Assembly: GCA_016124735.1 (NCBI GenBank)
Contig: WGMZ01000019.1
Coordinates: 3,217-67,216, forward strand
Direction of reading: 5' to 3'
DNA from: Bacteroidota bacterium
Lineage (GTDB): Bacteria > Bacteroidota > Bacteroidia > UBA8524
Length of the DNA stretch: 64,000 bases
In this document: positions 49,243 through 59,402 of the stretch, piece after piece
Layout of the letters: each line of letters opens with the position of its first letter
Numbering within the stretch: position 1 is the stretch's first letter
Made by a program: the position numbers and the translations under genes
The notes under the pieces: generated by a model
Told to the model about the DNA's origin: nothing
Database searches by the model: none
What the model saw: the letters and a program-made list of their open reading frames with translations, nothing else

Positions 49243-49860
49243 ATGCATCCCATCAGAAAATTAATTCAGGAAGGAGAGCACGAATCTCTCGATTTTAAAC
49301 AGGAGATATCCAGTGCCAGAAAGATTGCGAAGACCATGGTTTCATTTGCCAACCATAAAGGGGGGAAGCTGTTGGTTGGGGTACGCGACAATGGAGCAAT
49401 TGCAGGCGTAAGATCGGAAGATGAAAAATACATGCTTGAAACAGCGGCGTCATTCTATTGTAGGCCGGAAATACAATTGAGTATTGAAGAGTGGGAACTG
49501 GATGGAAAGACCGTGTTAGAAGTAAATGTTCCCGAAGGAAAAGACAAACCTTATGCGGCAATGGGTGAGGACAATAAATGGTGGGTCTATATCCGGGTAA
49601 AGGACAAATCATTGCTGGCAAGCAAAATTGTGGTGGATGTACTTCGGGCAGGTAAAAAGGAGAACCTGATTCAATTTGGTCACAATGAGAAGAAGTTACT
49701 CGACTATTTGGCTAATAACGACCGCATTACTCTTGCTGTATTTTGTAAAATAGTCAATATATCGCGAAGAAGAGCAAGCAGAATCATTGTGAGTCTGATT
49801 CGTGCCGGGGTCATCCGTTCCCATAATACTGAAAAAACCGAGTATTATACTTTAAGTTAA
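49243..49860 (+). CDS. AlbA_2 / Schlafen-like (divergent AAA) putative DNA-binding protein with a C-terminal winged helix
   Basis: ESLDFKQEISSARKIAKTMVSFANHKGGKLLVGVRDNGAIAGV matches the AlbA_2 putative DNA-binding domain. A C-terminal wHTH-like region follows (RITLAVFCKIVNISRRRASRIIVSLIRAGVI). The GTG at 49195 is the longest-ORF start. Confidence 0.55.
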   Translation: MHPIRKLIQEGEHESLDFKQEISSARKIAKTMVSFANHKGGKLLVGVRDNGAIAGVRSEDEKYMLETAASFYCRPEIQLSIEEWELDGKTVLEVNVPEGKDKPYAAMGEDNKWWVYIRVKDKSLLASKIVVDVLRAGKKENLIQFGHNEKKLLDYLANNDRITLAVFCKIVNISRRRASRIIVSLIRAGVIRSHNTEKTEYYTLS

Positions 49861-49934
49861 TGGTACTCTCAAACAATTTTGAGCTATATCCTTTATCTTT
49901 GATAGTACTCAACTAAGAACGTAAAAGAACTAGA

Positions 49935-50846
49935 ATGAAAAGATTTTTCGTTTTCATCTCGCTCCTATTCCCTGTCGTCGTTTTTTGTCAGCGTAATCAG
50001 CCTAGACTAGAACTTGTTTTTATGGGGGGAGCATCAGCCTACTCTGGGGATGTAGGGGGTGATCAGACAAAATTTTTAAGCGATCATTTGCAAACAATGG
50101 GTCCTGCTGTTGGAGCTGGATTGCGTTTACACATTACTAATTTTTTGGCCATTCGTGGAAACTTCAATTATGCGGTAATTAATGGAGCAGATAGCCTGGC
50201 CAATTCCATTGGCAGGAAAGACCGCAACCTCAGCTTCCGAACACCGATTTATGAGGGGACTCTCCTGATGGAATTCAGTTTGTTTAACTGGGCTCATGTG
50301 CTGGGAGAAAAGGTCAATTCTGTCGGCAAAGGAAACTCAAATCTGTATGTATTCGGAGGGATGAGCTTCTTCAAATTCAACCCGCAAGGGAATTACCAGG
50401 GGCGTTGGTATGATTTGCAGCCTTTGGGTACGGAAGGTCAGGGTGTCAAGCCGGGGGCGGCAAAATATTCCCTGACTTCATCCGCCTTGGTTGTTGGATT
50501 GGGATACAGGGTCCTGTTGGGCGGTCGTTGGTCGCTTGGTATGGAAGCAGGAATGAGAAAGACTAACACGGACTATCTCGATGATGTAAGCAAGTCCTAT
50601 TACGACAATAGTCAAATTATAGCCGCACATGGGCAGGTGGCCGGTGCCCTGGCCAATCGTGCTGTCGATAAGGAAGGAAATGCTGTTGTCATGGCTTCTG
50701 GCGCACAAAGAGGAAGCCCGAAATACAATGATTATTTTGGATTTGCTCAAATTACACTGGCTGTGACTCTTGGCAGCGATGGTAACGGAGCTGGTTATGG
50801 AAGAAAAGGAAAGTACCGGACCAGAAACCGTTGTTTCCAGTTCTGA
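49935..50846 (+). CDS. Outer-membrane beta-barrel family protein (hypothetical)
   Basis: Signal peptide MKRFFVFISLLFPVVVFCQ. Alternating amphipathic beta-strand pattern. Gly- and aromatic-rich C-terminus. Confidence 0.5.
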   Translation: MKRFFVFISLLFPVVVFCQRNQPRLELVFMGGASAYSGDVGGDQTKFLSDHLQTMGPAVGAGLRLHITNFLAIRGNFNYAVINGADSLANSIGRKDRNLSFRTPIYEGTLLMEFSLFNWAHVLGEKVNSVGKGNSNLYVFGGMSFFKFNPQGNYQGRWYDLQPLGTEGQGVKPGAAKYSLTSSALVVGLGYRVLLGGRWSLGMEAGMRKTNTDYLDDVSKSYYDNSQIIAAHGQVAGALANRAVDKEGNAVVMASGAQRGSPKYNDYFGFAQITLAVTLGSDGNGAGYGRKGKYRTRNRCFQF

Positions 50847-50876
50847 AAAATCACCCGCTTATTGTACTTTTGCTCC

Positions 50877-51569
50877 ATGAAATTTGGAGTAGTCGTTTTC
50901 CCTGGATCTAATTGCGACAAAGACCTGATCTGGGCTGTCGAAAGAGCTACCGGGTCACCAGCGGTTGAATTGTGGCACAAAGACACGGATTTAAAGGGAT
51001 GTGATTTTATCTTCATTCCCGGTGGATTTTCATACGGGGATTATCTCCGCAGTGGCGCCATCGCCAAATTGTCCCCAATCATGGGAGCAATAAAAGAATT
51101 TGCTGACAAGGGCGGTTATGTTATGGGTATTTGCAATGGCTTCCAGATTTTATGCGAAAGCGGACTGCTGCCCGGAGTTTTGCTTCGCAATAATTCCATG
51201 CAATTCATTTGTGAAAATGTTTACCTGAAAGCAGAGAATAATTGCTTGTTGACGCGTGGATTGAATAAAGAGGAAGCTTTGAAAATTCCAATAGCTCACG
51301 GCGAAGGCAGGTATTTTATTGATGAGGCAGGATTGAATGAGCTGAAACAAAACGACCAGATTCTGTTTCGGTACTCAAATGAAAAAGGAGAAATTTCAGA
51401 GGATTCTAATCCCAACGGCTCGTTAGAAAATATTGCCGGTGTTTGCAATAAATCGAAAAATGTATTCGGTATGATGCCTCATCCGGAACGGGCCGCAGAT
51501 GCGGTTCTTTTCAATGAAGACGGGATGAAAATTATCAAAAGCATACTTCTCGAAGAAGTGAATGCCTGA
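50877..51569 (+). CDS. purQ: Phosphoribosylformylglycinamidine synthase subunit PurQ (glutaminase)
   Basis: MKFGVVVFPGSNCDKD N-terminus, GFSYGDY, catalytic Cys in GICNGFQIL, and HPER near the C-terminus. The product is 230 aa. Confidence 0.85.
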   Translation: MKFGVVVFPGSNCDKDLIWAVERATGSPAVELWHKDTDLKGCDFIFIPGGFSYGDYLRSGAIAKLSPIMGAIKEFADKGGYVMGICNGFQILCESGLLPGVLLRNNSMQFICENVYLKAENNCLLTRGLNKEEALKIPIAHGEGRYFIDEAGLNELKQNDQILFRYSNEKGEISEDSNPNGSLENIAGVCNKSKNVFGMMPHPERAADAVLFNEDGMKIIKSILLEEVNA

Positions 51570-51656
51570 TAATTTTATTGATCGTTTGTCTTTATTTCAT
51601 TTTTATTCCTTTCTTCCTGCGCAGGATTTTATATTTTCGCTGATTCCTGTAAACGG

Positions 51657-52250
51657 ATGTATACTCATTTTATCGGTAAAGTTACTTCTTTAACACCTAC
51701 CTCGGTGGTCGTAGAATGCCAGGGTGTGGGATATGAATTGCATATCTCCCTTTACACATTTGCTCGGTTGAAAGACAAAGCAGATGCAAAAGTATTTGCT
51801 CATCTGGTAGTGAAGGAAGATGCGCATACCTTGTATGGATTTGGAGATGAATCGGAAAGAAGTTTATTCCGTCAACTTATTTCTGTTCAGGGGATTGGCG
51901 CTTCTACTGCGCGCATGATATTATCGTCTATGCCTCCACAGGAATTAATGCATGCAATAATCCAAAGCAACGTTGCGTTATTGAAAAGCGTCAAAGGAGT
52001 GGGCCCAAAGTCCGCTCAAAGGATTGTTTTGGAGCTGCAGGATAAACTGCAGAAACAAGATATGGAAGCCGGCTATTCCCTGAGCATAGCTTCTGGAAAC
52101 CAAAATAAGAACGAGGCAGTAGATGCACTTGTGATGCTTGGATTTTCGAAATCAGCAGTGGAAAAGGCTGTTTCCAAAGTTCTGGAGACGAATGGAAGTT
52201 CCGACTTCCAAGTTGAAGAAATAATTAAAACTGCTTTAAAATCATTGTAG
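51657..52250 (+). CDS. ruvA: Holliday junction branch-migration protein RuvA
   Basis: An OB-fold N-terminus (VVVECQGVGYELHIS), HhH motifs (LISVQGIGASTARMIL, KSVKGVGPKSAQRIVLEL), and a C-terminal RuvB-binding domain. Confidence 0.85.
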   Translation: MYTHFIGKVTSLTPTSVVVECQGVGYELHISLYTFARLKDKADAKVFAHLVVKEDAHTLYGFGDESERSLFRQLISVQGIGASTARMILSSMPPQELMHAIIQSNVALLKSVKGVGPKSAQRIVLELQDKLQKQDMEAGYSLSIASGNQNKNEAVDALVMLGFSKSAVEKAVSKVLETNGSSDFQVEEIIKTALKSL

Positions 52251-52287
52251 CCTATAGCCCACTCCTACTCGAATAACTAAGTATAAG

Positions 52288-55200
52288 TTGACTATTAAAT
52301 CTCTGTCTGGTCTGTTCGCTACGGTGATACTTTCAGGGCTGTTCTTTGCTCTGGCTGCAACGCCTGAATGGAATTATAGGTACCTTACCTATAATCCGTT
52401 CATGGGTCCGGGTGATAGTACGGAGAAAAAAGACACGCTTAAAAGCGACTCATCTAAACTGATCTATCCTATTCAGGATAATCCCGAGTACGGAAATAAG
52501 CCGGTAAATAATCTGGATTTTGAAGACCCTCAAGTCATCCAGACAGAGACTTATTTCGATACAGCTGACGGCACATACAAAACAAGGAGAATGATCGGTG
52601 ATATGGAATATCGACCAACCACCGTTAAATCGTTCGATGAGTTTTTAAAGGATATTGCCAAAAAAGAGAATCAGAATTATTTCAGACAACGCGCCAATGC
52701 CAACAGTTTTGTGCAGGGTGGAGGATTGATTCCTCCAATTAAGGTTGGTCCTAAAGTATTTGATAAAATTTTCGGGGGTGGTACCATCGATGTGAAACCC
52801 CAAGGTTCTGCGGAACTCACATTTGGATGGAATTACAATGTGGTTCGCAACCCGGCCTTTACTGCGCGCCAGCAACGGAATGGACAATTTGACTTCAAGC
52901 AAAAAATTCAAATAAACCTGAATGGTTCCATTGGTGAGCGGATGAAACTTTCGGCCAATTACGACACGGAAGCGACTTTCGATTTCGAAAACCAGATGAA
53001 ACTCAACTGGGCAGGTAAGGAAGACGATATTATCCAGGGAGTTGAATTGGGTAACGTTGGATTGCCACTGAATTCCAGCCTTATTAACCCTGGAACCTCA
53101 CTGTTCGGTTTGAAAACAAAGCTGCAGTTTGGTAAAGTAAGCGTAACCTCCATTTTCACTCAACAAAGAAGTCAAAGTACCTCTACCTCAGTAACTGGAG
53201 GGGCCCAGATTACCAAATTCAATATTCAGGCAGATAACTACGACGTAAACCGCCACTTTTTCTTATCGCAGTATTTCAAAGACAACTATGATAAATGGAT
53301 GTCGAACCTGCCTGCTATACAATCTCCGGTAATTATTAACCGTGTGGAGGTATGGGTAACAAACCGCGCCAAAGATTACAGCTCTGCCCGCGATGTGATT
53401 GGTTATATGGACATGGGTGAACCTGATCCCTATAACACAACATGGAATGGTACGAAACAAGGACCATGCACTAATTCTGCAAACGAATTGTATGCAAGGG
53501 TATCCTCGGATCCGAATGTGCGTTCTTCATTTACCTCTGTTCAAACCCTGGAAGGCGGAACCTATAACCTGGACAAAATCCAGGATTTCCAATTCCTGCA
53601 AAGCGCACGTCAACTTGGTCCGAGTGAGTTTACCTTCCAGCGGAACCTGGGTTATATTTCCCTGAATACAGCACTGAATAATGATGAAATTCTCTGTGTA
53701 GCTTATGAATATACGGTGAACGGAGCGGTTTATCAGGTAGGGGAATTTGCTGTGGATGTTTCAGACGATCCCGCAGATCCTAAAATTCTGAACCTTAAAA
53801 TGCTCAAAGGAGCTACCATTACTACGGAATTACCTATATGGGATTTGATGATGAAAAACATCTATTCCCTGGGATCATATAATATTCAACAGGATAAATT
53901 TTACCTGGATGTGGTTTATGCGGATGACTTATCAGGCGCAGATTATACCTACCTTCCAGCCAAAGACGAACCGAATATTGGTACCAATGTTTTGATTCAC
54001 ACTTTGCGCCTTGATAATGTCAATGTGCAGGGGGAACCTACTCCGGATGGTGTATTTGACTTTCTTCCGGATAAGACCATTCAAACCAGCAATGGACGAA
54101 TCATCTTCCCGGTGAGAGAACCTTTTGGTTCCTACCTCGATACTTTATTGACCCAGCAAGAAAACAAGGACCATTACGTCTACCAGGAGTTGTACGATTC
54201 GACGAAATGGCTGGCGAAACAGGTCGTTCTCAAAGATAAATTCTTCCTGCGGGGAAGCTTCCAAAGTGCGTCGAATAATGAGATTTCCCTGAATGCCTTT
54301 AACGTGCCCCAAGGTTCGGTGAAGGTTACAGCAAACGGAACACAACTCACCGAAGGAGTAGATTTCATCGTGGATTATACGCTGGGTAAGGTGACAATCC
54401 TGAATACGCAGCTGCTGAATTCCGGGGCTGTAATCAATGTGACCTCGGAAAACAACAGCTTGTTTAATGTTCAGCAAAAAACGGTGGTTGGTACCCGGGT
54501 TGATTACAAAGTCAATAAAGACCTGATTTTGGGTGGAACAGTCATGCACCTGTGGGAACGTCCGCTTACTCCTAAAGTAAATATTGGAGATGAGCCTCTC
54601 CTGAATACTATTGTTGGTCTGGATGGTAGCTACAAAACAGAAGCGCCCTGGTTGACCAAGATGATTGACATGCTTCCTCTGATTGAAACCAAGGAAATAT
54701 CAACCATCACCGTATCGGGGGAATATGCACAGCTCTTTCCGCAACAGCCGAAAACCATTGGTGCAAGAGGAACATCCTATATAGATGATTTTGAAGGCGC
54801 AGAAACGCCATTCGACATGCGTCTTGGGAATAATTGGTTTGTGGCGGCAACGCCGGAAGGTCAGCCTGATGTGTTCCAGGATGGCAGCGAATATGGAATC
54901 AGATCTGGAAATCACCGGGCAAAGCTGGCCTGGTACACCATCGATCCGATTTTCCAAAGAAATCAAGTCAATACCCAGCCTTCCACTCCTCCTCATCTTC
55001 GAAACAATACGGCGTCAACATCCAATCACTACACGCGGATTATTCAGGTTCAGGAAGTTTTCCCCAACAAGCAGTTGCAAAATATGGCCCCGAAAAACCT
55101 GCCCACGCTTGATTTGGCTTACTATCCAAACGAAAGGGGACCGTATAATTATGTGACTACCGGATTGAATAAGGATGGAACATTTGTGGATCCAAAATCC

Positions 55201-58200
55201 AATTGGGGTGGTATACAACGTAGAATAGAAACTAATGACTTTCAGGCGGCCAATATCGATTACATGGAAATGTGGTTCATGTCGCCATGGATGTACAATC
55301 CGAATATTAAAGGAACGATGTACATCAACCTGGGGCAGATTTCAGAAGATGTTTTGAAAGACCGTTCCAAGTCGTTTGAGAATGGATTGCCTACAGATCC
55401 TACAAAAACAAATCAGACAAGAGAGACCGATGTGGCACGCGTTCCTACCGGTCGCACCCTGAATAATGCATTTGTCAATGAACAAGGTGCACGGGATAAA
55501 CAAGATTTGGGACTGGATGGATTGAACGATGCCGATGAAAGAACGTTCTTTGATTCCGCTTATCTCAGTCAATTACAAAATTATCTGAATCCGGATGCCT
55601 TCCAGAAAATCCAGGATGATCCAAGTAGCGATAACTACAAATACCATTCATCTTCTCAATACGATGATGCCAAAACTCCTGTTCTGGAGCGCTACAAACA
55701 TTATAACGGACAGCAGGGTAATTCGCCGCTGGCAACTTACCAGCCCGATGGATATCCGGTTGGAAAAACAAATATTCCGGATGATGAGGATATCAATCAG
55801 GACTTCTCTCTGAATACTATCGAGGAATATTATCAATACAAGATTGAGATTGATCCCAATAAACTGGTTATCGGTCAAAACTTCGTTGCGGATATTCAAA
55901 AATCAGCGGTGAAACTGGATGACGGTACCCAACCGGATGTTTATTGGTATCTGCTTCGTATTCCAATCAGTGCGTGGGATAAAAAGGTCGGGAATATTCA
56001 GGATTTTAAATCGATTCGCTTTATGCGTCTGATGCTTACGGGTTTTGATACCTCTGTAGTCATTCGTTTCGGGCAGTTTCAACTGGTTCGGGCAGAATGG
56101 AGACGCTATCTGAAATCGCTCGATCAGGCAATAGATGCCACGCCTACCACCCCGGTGACCTCAACAACCTTTTCGACAGGAACGGTAAATATTGAAGAAA
56201 ATGGTTTCCGGAATCCGGTAAGCTATGTGGTTCCGCCAGGTTTCTATCGTGTAATTGACCCGACGACACCAGGTAACGTTCAACAGAATGAGCAATCAAT
56301 TCAGTTGAAGGTTTGCGATTTGAAGGATGGAGATGGGCGTGGTGCATTTAAAACCACACAGCTGGATATTCGGAATTATAAGAAATTGGAGGCTTTCGTG
56401 CACCTGGAGGCAGCAGGAAGCTCACCGACACTGAAAGACAAAGACCTTTACGCTTTTGTACGCTTTGGCACAGACCTGGAAAATAATTACTATGAATATG
56501 CGGTGCCATTGACCGTAACCAAACCTCACGAACGTGACCCGAACAAAATTTGGCCGGCAGAAAACCAGTTGAACGTAACCTTACAGGATTTGTATGAGGC
56601 AAAACAAACACGCCTGGAAGGAAATTATGCGCTTACTCAGGAGTATATTAAATATTTACCAAACGGTGCGGTGATTCGACTCAAGGGATTACCGGATGTC
56701 AGCAATGTGCGAGTCATAATGCTGGGTGTAAGAAATCCATTGAAAAATGGAAATCCAAACGACGATGGATTACCAAAATGTGCGGAACTGTGGTTTGATG
56801 AACTTCGAATGACAGAGTTTGTGAATACAGGTGGTTGGGCTGCCAACGGTCGGATGGTAATGAAATTGGCCGATCTGGGGAATGTCACCGCTTCTGTAAA
56901 CTATCAGAGTATTGGTTTTGGTGGTCTGGACAAGAAACTGAATGACCGGAATCTGAATGAAACATTCATGTATGATGTTTCGGGAAGTCTGGAACTTGGA
57001 AAGCTCTTCCCGGCGAAATCGGCTATTTCTTTCCCGATGTATGTGGGTAGAAGTGAAACACGTATTACACCGAAATTTAACCCACTGAACCCTGACATCC
57101 TGCTGACCACTGCATTAAACAATGAACACGATCCGGTTAAGCAGGCTGCATTACGACAGGCGGCAATTGACCGTACCGTCCGACGAAGCATAAATTTCAC
57201 CAATATTCGAAAGAATAGAACGGGATCGGGAAAATCCCATATCTGGGATATTGAGAACTTCAATGTTTCCTATTCCTACACAGAAATAAATCATACCAAC
57301 CAGCAGATCAGGGAAAACTTACAAAAGACCTACAAGGGGAGTCTTGGATACAATTTTTCGAGTCCGGCCCCCAAAATAAAGCCATTTAAAAAGTTGGGTA
57401 AATCGCCCTGGCTGGCCCTGATCCGCGAATTCACCTTCTCACCCTATCCGAGCTCGCTCGGGTTCCGAACCGATATAGACCGCTACTACTCGCGACTGAT
57501 TAATCGAAACAACGATAACCCGAATACAATCGTTCCGCAGTTATATAACAAGAACTTTACAATGACTCGTTATTATAACATGCACTGGGATCTCACCGGA
57601 CAGCTGACTCTGGACTACAATGCAACGAATAAGGCCAGGATTGATGAACCGGTAGGTAAAGTAAGCCGTCTGGAAAACCCGGATAGCTTTCAGGTAATTG
57701 TAAATAACTTTAAAAACCTCGGTCGAAACACGAATTTCAACCAACAGTTGACACTGAACTATACCGTGCCATTGAACAAAATACCCATTTTGAACTGGAT
57801 CAATATCAGCACCAGTTATCAGACCAACTTCGAATGGAAAACAGCTCCTCCTGCAACGAAAAATTTGGGTAACGATATGCAGAATTCGCAGGTTTATTCT
57901 GTGAATGGACAGTTCAATATGATGACACTGTACAATAAGTTCCCGTATCTGAGAGACGTGAACCGAGGCAAGCGTACCAAGAAAAAGAAATCGGGGAATC
58001 CTCCCGAAGGAGAGGATCCGAAGAAAAAGCCGAAAGATGATGAGATGACGGGTGCAGGGCCATTCTTTGCCCGCTTGCTGATGAGTGTGAAGAATGTGCA
58101 ATTCAATTATTCTCAGACAAACGGAATCTTCCTTCCCGGCTTCATGAATAAGACCCAGTATATCGGGAATAATTTCGACGTTAATGCTCCTGGTTTGCCA

Positions 58201-59397
58201 TTTGTCTTTGGTAGTCAGGATCCGAATATTCGCTTTGATTTGGCAAATAAGGGAGTTATGTCTACTGACCCGAATATTTTTAGTCGATTTAGTCAGAATT
58301 CAAGCAAGACATTCGCGCCAAAGGCTACTTTGGAACCAATCCGGGATCTACGAATAGACCTTTCTGCAAATAAGAATACCATTTACAGCTTATCATCTAC
58401 CTTCAAAGCAGATTCCACTGGAGCATTCCTTGATTTTGGATTGCAGGAAGCGGGAAGTGAAGTGATAACCATCAATACACTGAAAACGGCTTTTGATAAA
58501 GTTGACAAGCAAGGGCGTTCTACGACATTCCTGAAATTCCAAAATAATCGGTACACGATGTCGAAGCGAATTGCATTAGAGGAAGGAGCCAATCCAAATA
58601 TTCTTGATCCGGATGGTTATGTATTGGGATATGGTAAAAAGGCGCAAAACGTCATGATTACTGCATTCCTTGCGGCATATACTGGCACAGATCCGAATTC
58701 CCAAAAGCTGAGTGCATTTCCTCGCTTGCCGTTCCCTGGTTGGAACATAACCTACAGCGGATTGAATCGAAATAAACAATTGGCCAAGATATTTACGAAT
58801 ATCACTTTCCGTCACTCATACAGCTCAACTTATTCCGTGCAAAACTATACCAGCTCCTTGCAGGCTGGAAGCTTGAACAGTGCAGGCAATTATTTGCCGC
58901 ATTATGTGATTCAGAGCATTACAATATCCGAGAGCCTGAAACCATTCCTGAGTATCGATGTAACCATGAAAAATGGATTGATGGGTCGTCTGGAATACGA
59001 CAGAACACGAACAGTATCTTTGAATTTGCCAAGTCCAAGGGTTACGGAAAACCGTACCACTCAATTCGTAATAGGTGTGGGTTATAAAGCAACCGGAATC
59101 CGACTGCCCTTCAAGATTAACAGGAAAAGGCCATACCTGAAAAACGATTTGAATATCCGTTTTGACTTCACAATTCAGGACAGCAAAAATGCAGTTTCGG
59201 AAGTAGATGTTGTGACGACAATTCCTGCGCAGGGTAACAGAATTGTGACGATAAAACCGACCATCGATTATAAGATCTCAGACAAACTAAACCTGCGTCT
59301 GTTCTATAACAGGAGAGCAACACAACCTGTAGTGGCTAGTTCATTCCCAACGGCAATAACGCAAGGTGGTATCACGCTGCGTTATACCATTCAGTAA
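52288..59397 (+). CDS. sprA: T9SS translocon / gliding-motility protein SprA (Sov), 2369 aa
   Basis: The size (about 2400 aa), an N-terminal signal-like hydrophobic segment, predicted beta-rich composition throughout, and the conserved ruvA–sprA adjacency known in Bacteroidota. The longest ORF starts with TTG at 52288. The first ATG lies 38 codons downstream, after the signal segment. Confidence 0.8.
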   Translation: MTIKSLSGLFATVILSGLFFALAATPEWNYRYLTYNPFMGPGDSTEKKDTLKSDSSKLIYPIQDNPEYGNKPVNNLDFEDPQVIQTETYFDTADGTYKTRRMIGDMEYRPTTVKSFDEFLKDIAKKENQNYFRQRANANSFVQGGGLIPPIKVGPKVFDKIFGGGTIDVKPQGSAELTFGWNYNVVRNPAFTARQQRNGQFDFKQKIQINLNGSIGERMKLSANYDTEATFDFENQMKLNWAGKEDDIIQGVELGNVGLPLNSSLINPGTSLFGLKTKLQFGKVSVTSIFTQQRSQSTSTSVTGGAQITKFNIQADNYDVNRHFFLSQYFKDNYDKWMSNLPAIQSPVIINRVEVWVTNRAKDYSSARDVIGYMDMGEPDPYNTTWNGTKQGPCTNSANELYARVSSDPNVRSSFTSVQTLEGGTYNLDKIQDFQFLQSARQLGPSEFTFQRNLGYISLNTALNNDEILCVAYEYTVNGAVYQVGEFAVDVSDDPADPKILNLKMLKGATITTELPIWDLMMKNIYSLGSYNIQQDKFYLDVVYADDLSGADYTYLPAKDEPNIGTNVLIHTLRLDNVNVQGEPTPDGVFDFLPDKTIQTSNGRIIFPVREPFGSYLDTLLTQQENKDHYVYQELYDSTKWLAKQVVLKDKFFLRGSFQSASNNEISLNAFNVPQGSVKVTANGTQLTEGVDFIVDYTLGKVTILNTQLLNSGAVINVTSENNSLFNVQQKTVVGTRVDYKVNKDLILGGTVMHLWERPLTPKVNIGDEPLLNTIVGLDGSYKTEAPWLTKMIDMLPLIETKEISTITVSGEYAQLFPQQPKTIGARGTSYIDDFEGAETPFDMRLGNNWFVAATPEGQPDVFQDGSEYGIRSGNHRAKLAWYTIDPIFQRNQVNTQPSTPPHLRNNTASTSNHYTRIIQVQEVFPNKQLQNMAPKNLPTLDLAYYPNERGPYNYVTTGLNKDGTFVDPKSNWGGIQRRIETNDFQAANIDYMEMWFMSPWMYNPNIKGTMYINLGQISEDVLKDRSKSFENGLPTDPTKTNQTRETDVARVPTGRTLNNAFVNEQGARDKQDLGLDGLNDADERTFFDSAYLSQLQNYLNPDAFQKIQDDPSSDNYKYHSSSQYDDAKTPVLERYKHYNGQQGNSPLATYQPDGYPVGKTNIPDDEDINQDFSLNTIEEYYQYKIEIDPNKLVIGQNFVADIQKSAVKLDDGTQPDVYWYLLRIPISAWDKKVGNIQDFKSIRFMRLMLTGFDTSVVIRFGQFQLVRAEWRRYLKSLDQAIDATPTTPVTSTTFSTGTVNIEENGFRNPVSYVVPPGFYRVIDPTTPGNVQQNEQSIQLKVCDLKDGDGRGAFKTTQLDIRNYKKLEAFVHLEAAGSSPTLKDKDLYAFVRFGTDLENNYYEYAVPLTVTKPHERDPNKIWPAENQLNVTLQDLYEAKQTRLEGNYALTQEYIKYLPNGAVIRLKGLPDVSNVRVIMLGVRNPLKNGNPNDDGLPKCAELWFDELRMTEFVNTGGWAANGRMVMKLADLGNVTASVNYQSIGFGGLDKKLNDRNLNETFMYDVSGSLELGKLFPAKSAISFPMYVGRSETRITPKFNPLNPDILLTTALNNEHDPVKQAALRQAAIDRTVRRSINFTNIRKNRTGSGKSHIWDIENFNVSYSYTEINHTNQQIRENLQKTYKGSLGYNFSSPAPKIKPFKKLGKSPWLALIREFTFSPYPSSLGFRTDIDRYYSRLINRNNDNPNTIVPQLYNKNFTMTRYYNMHWDLTGQLTLDYNATNKARIDEPVGKVSRLENPDSFQVIVNNFKNLGRNTNFNQQLTLNYTVPLNKIPILNWINISTSYQTNFEWKTAPPATKNLGNDMQNSQVYSVNGQFNMMTLYNKFPYLRDVNRGKRTKKKKSGNPPEGEDPKKKPKDDEMTGAGPFFARLLMSVKNVQFNYSQTNGIFLPGFMNKTQYIGNNFDVNAPGLPFVFGSQDPNIRFDLANKGVMSTDPNIFSRFSQNSSKTFAPKATLEPIRDLRIDLSANKNTIYSLSSTFKADSTGAFLDFGLQEAGSEVITINTLKTAFDKVDKQGRSTTFLKFQNNRYTMSKRIALEEGANPNILDPDGYVLGYGKKAQNVMITAFLAAYTGTDPNSQKLSAFPRLPFPGWNITYSGLNRNKQLAKIFTNITFRHSYSSTYSVQNYTSSLQAGSLNSAGNYLPHYVIQSITISESLKPFLSIDVTMKNGLMGRLEYDRTRTVSLNLPSPRVTENRTTQFVIGVGYKATGIRLPFKINRKRPYLKNDLNIRFDFTIQDSKNAVSEVDVVTTIPAQGNRIVTIKPTIDYKISDKLNLRLFYNRRATQPVVASSFPTAITQGGITLRYTIQ

Positions 59398-59402
59398 TAG
59401 AC

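Noticed and set aside
51618-51640. A palindrome CCTGCGCAGG between purQ and ruvA as a terminator
   Set aside because: The stem is only about 4–5 bp with no real loop and no clean downstream T-run. It is more likely incidental or part of the ruvA promoter region.
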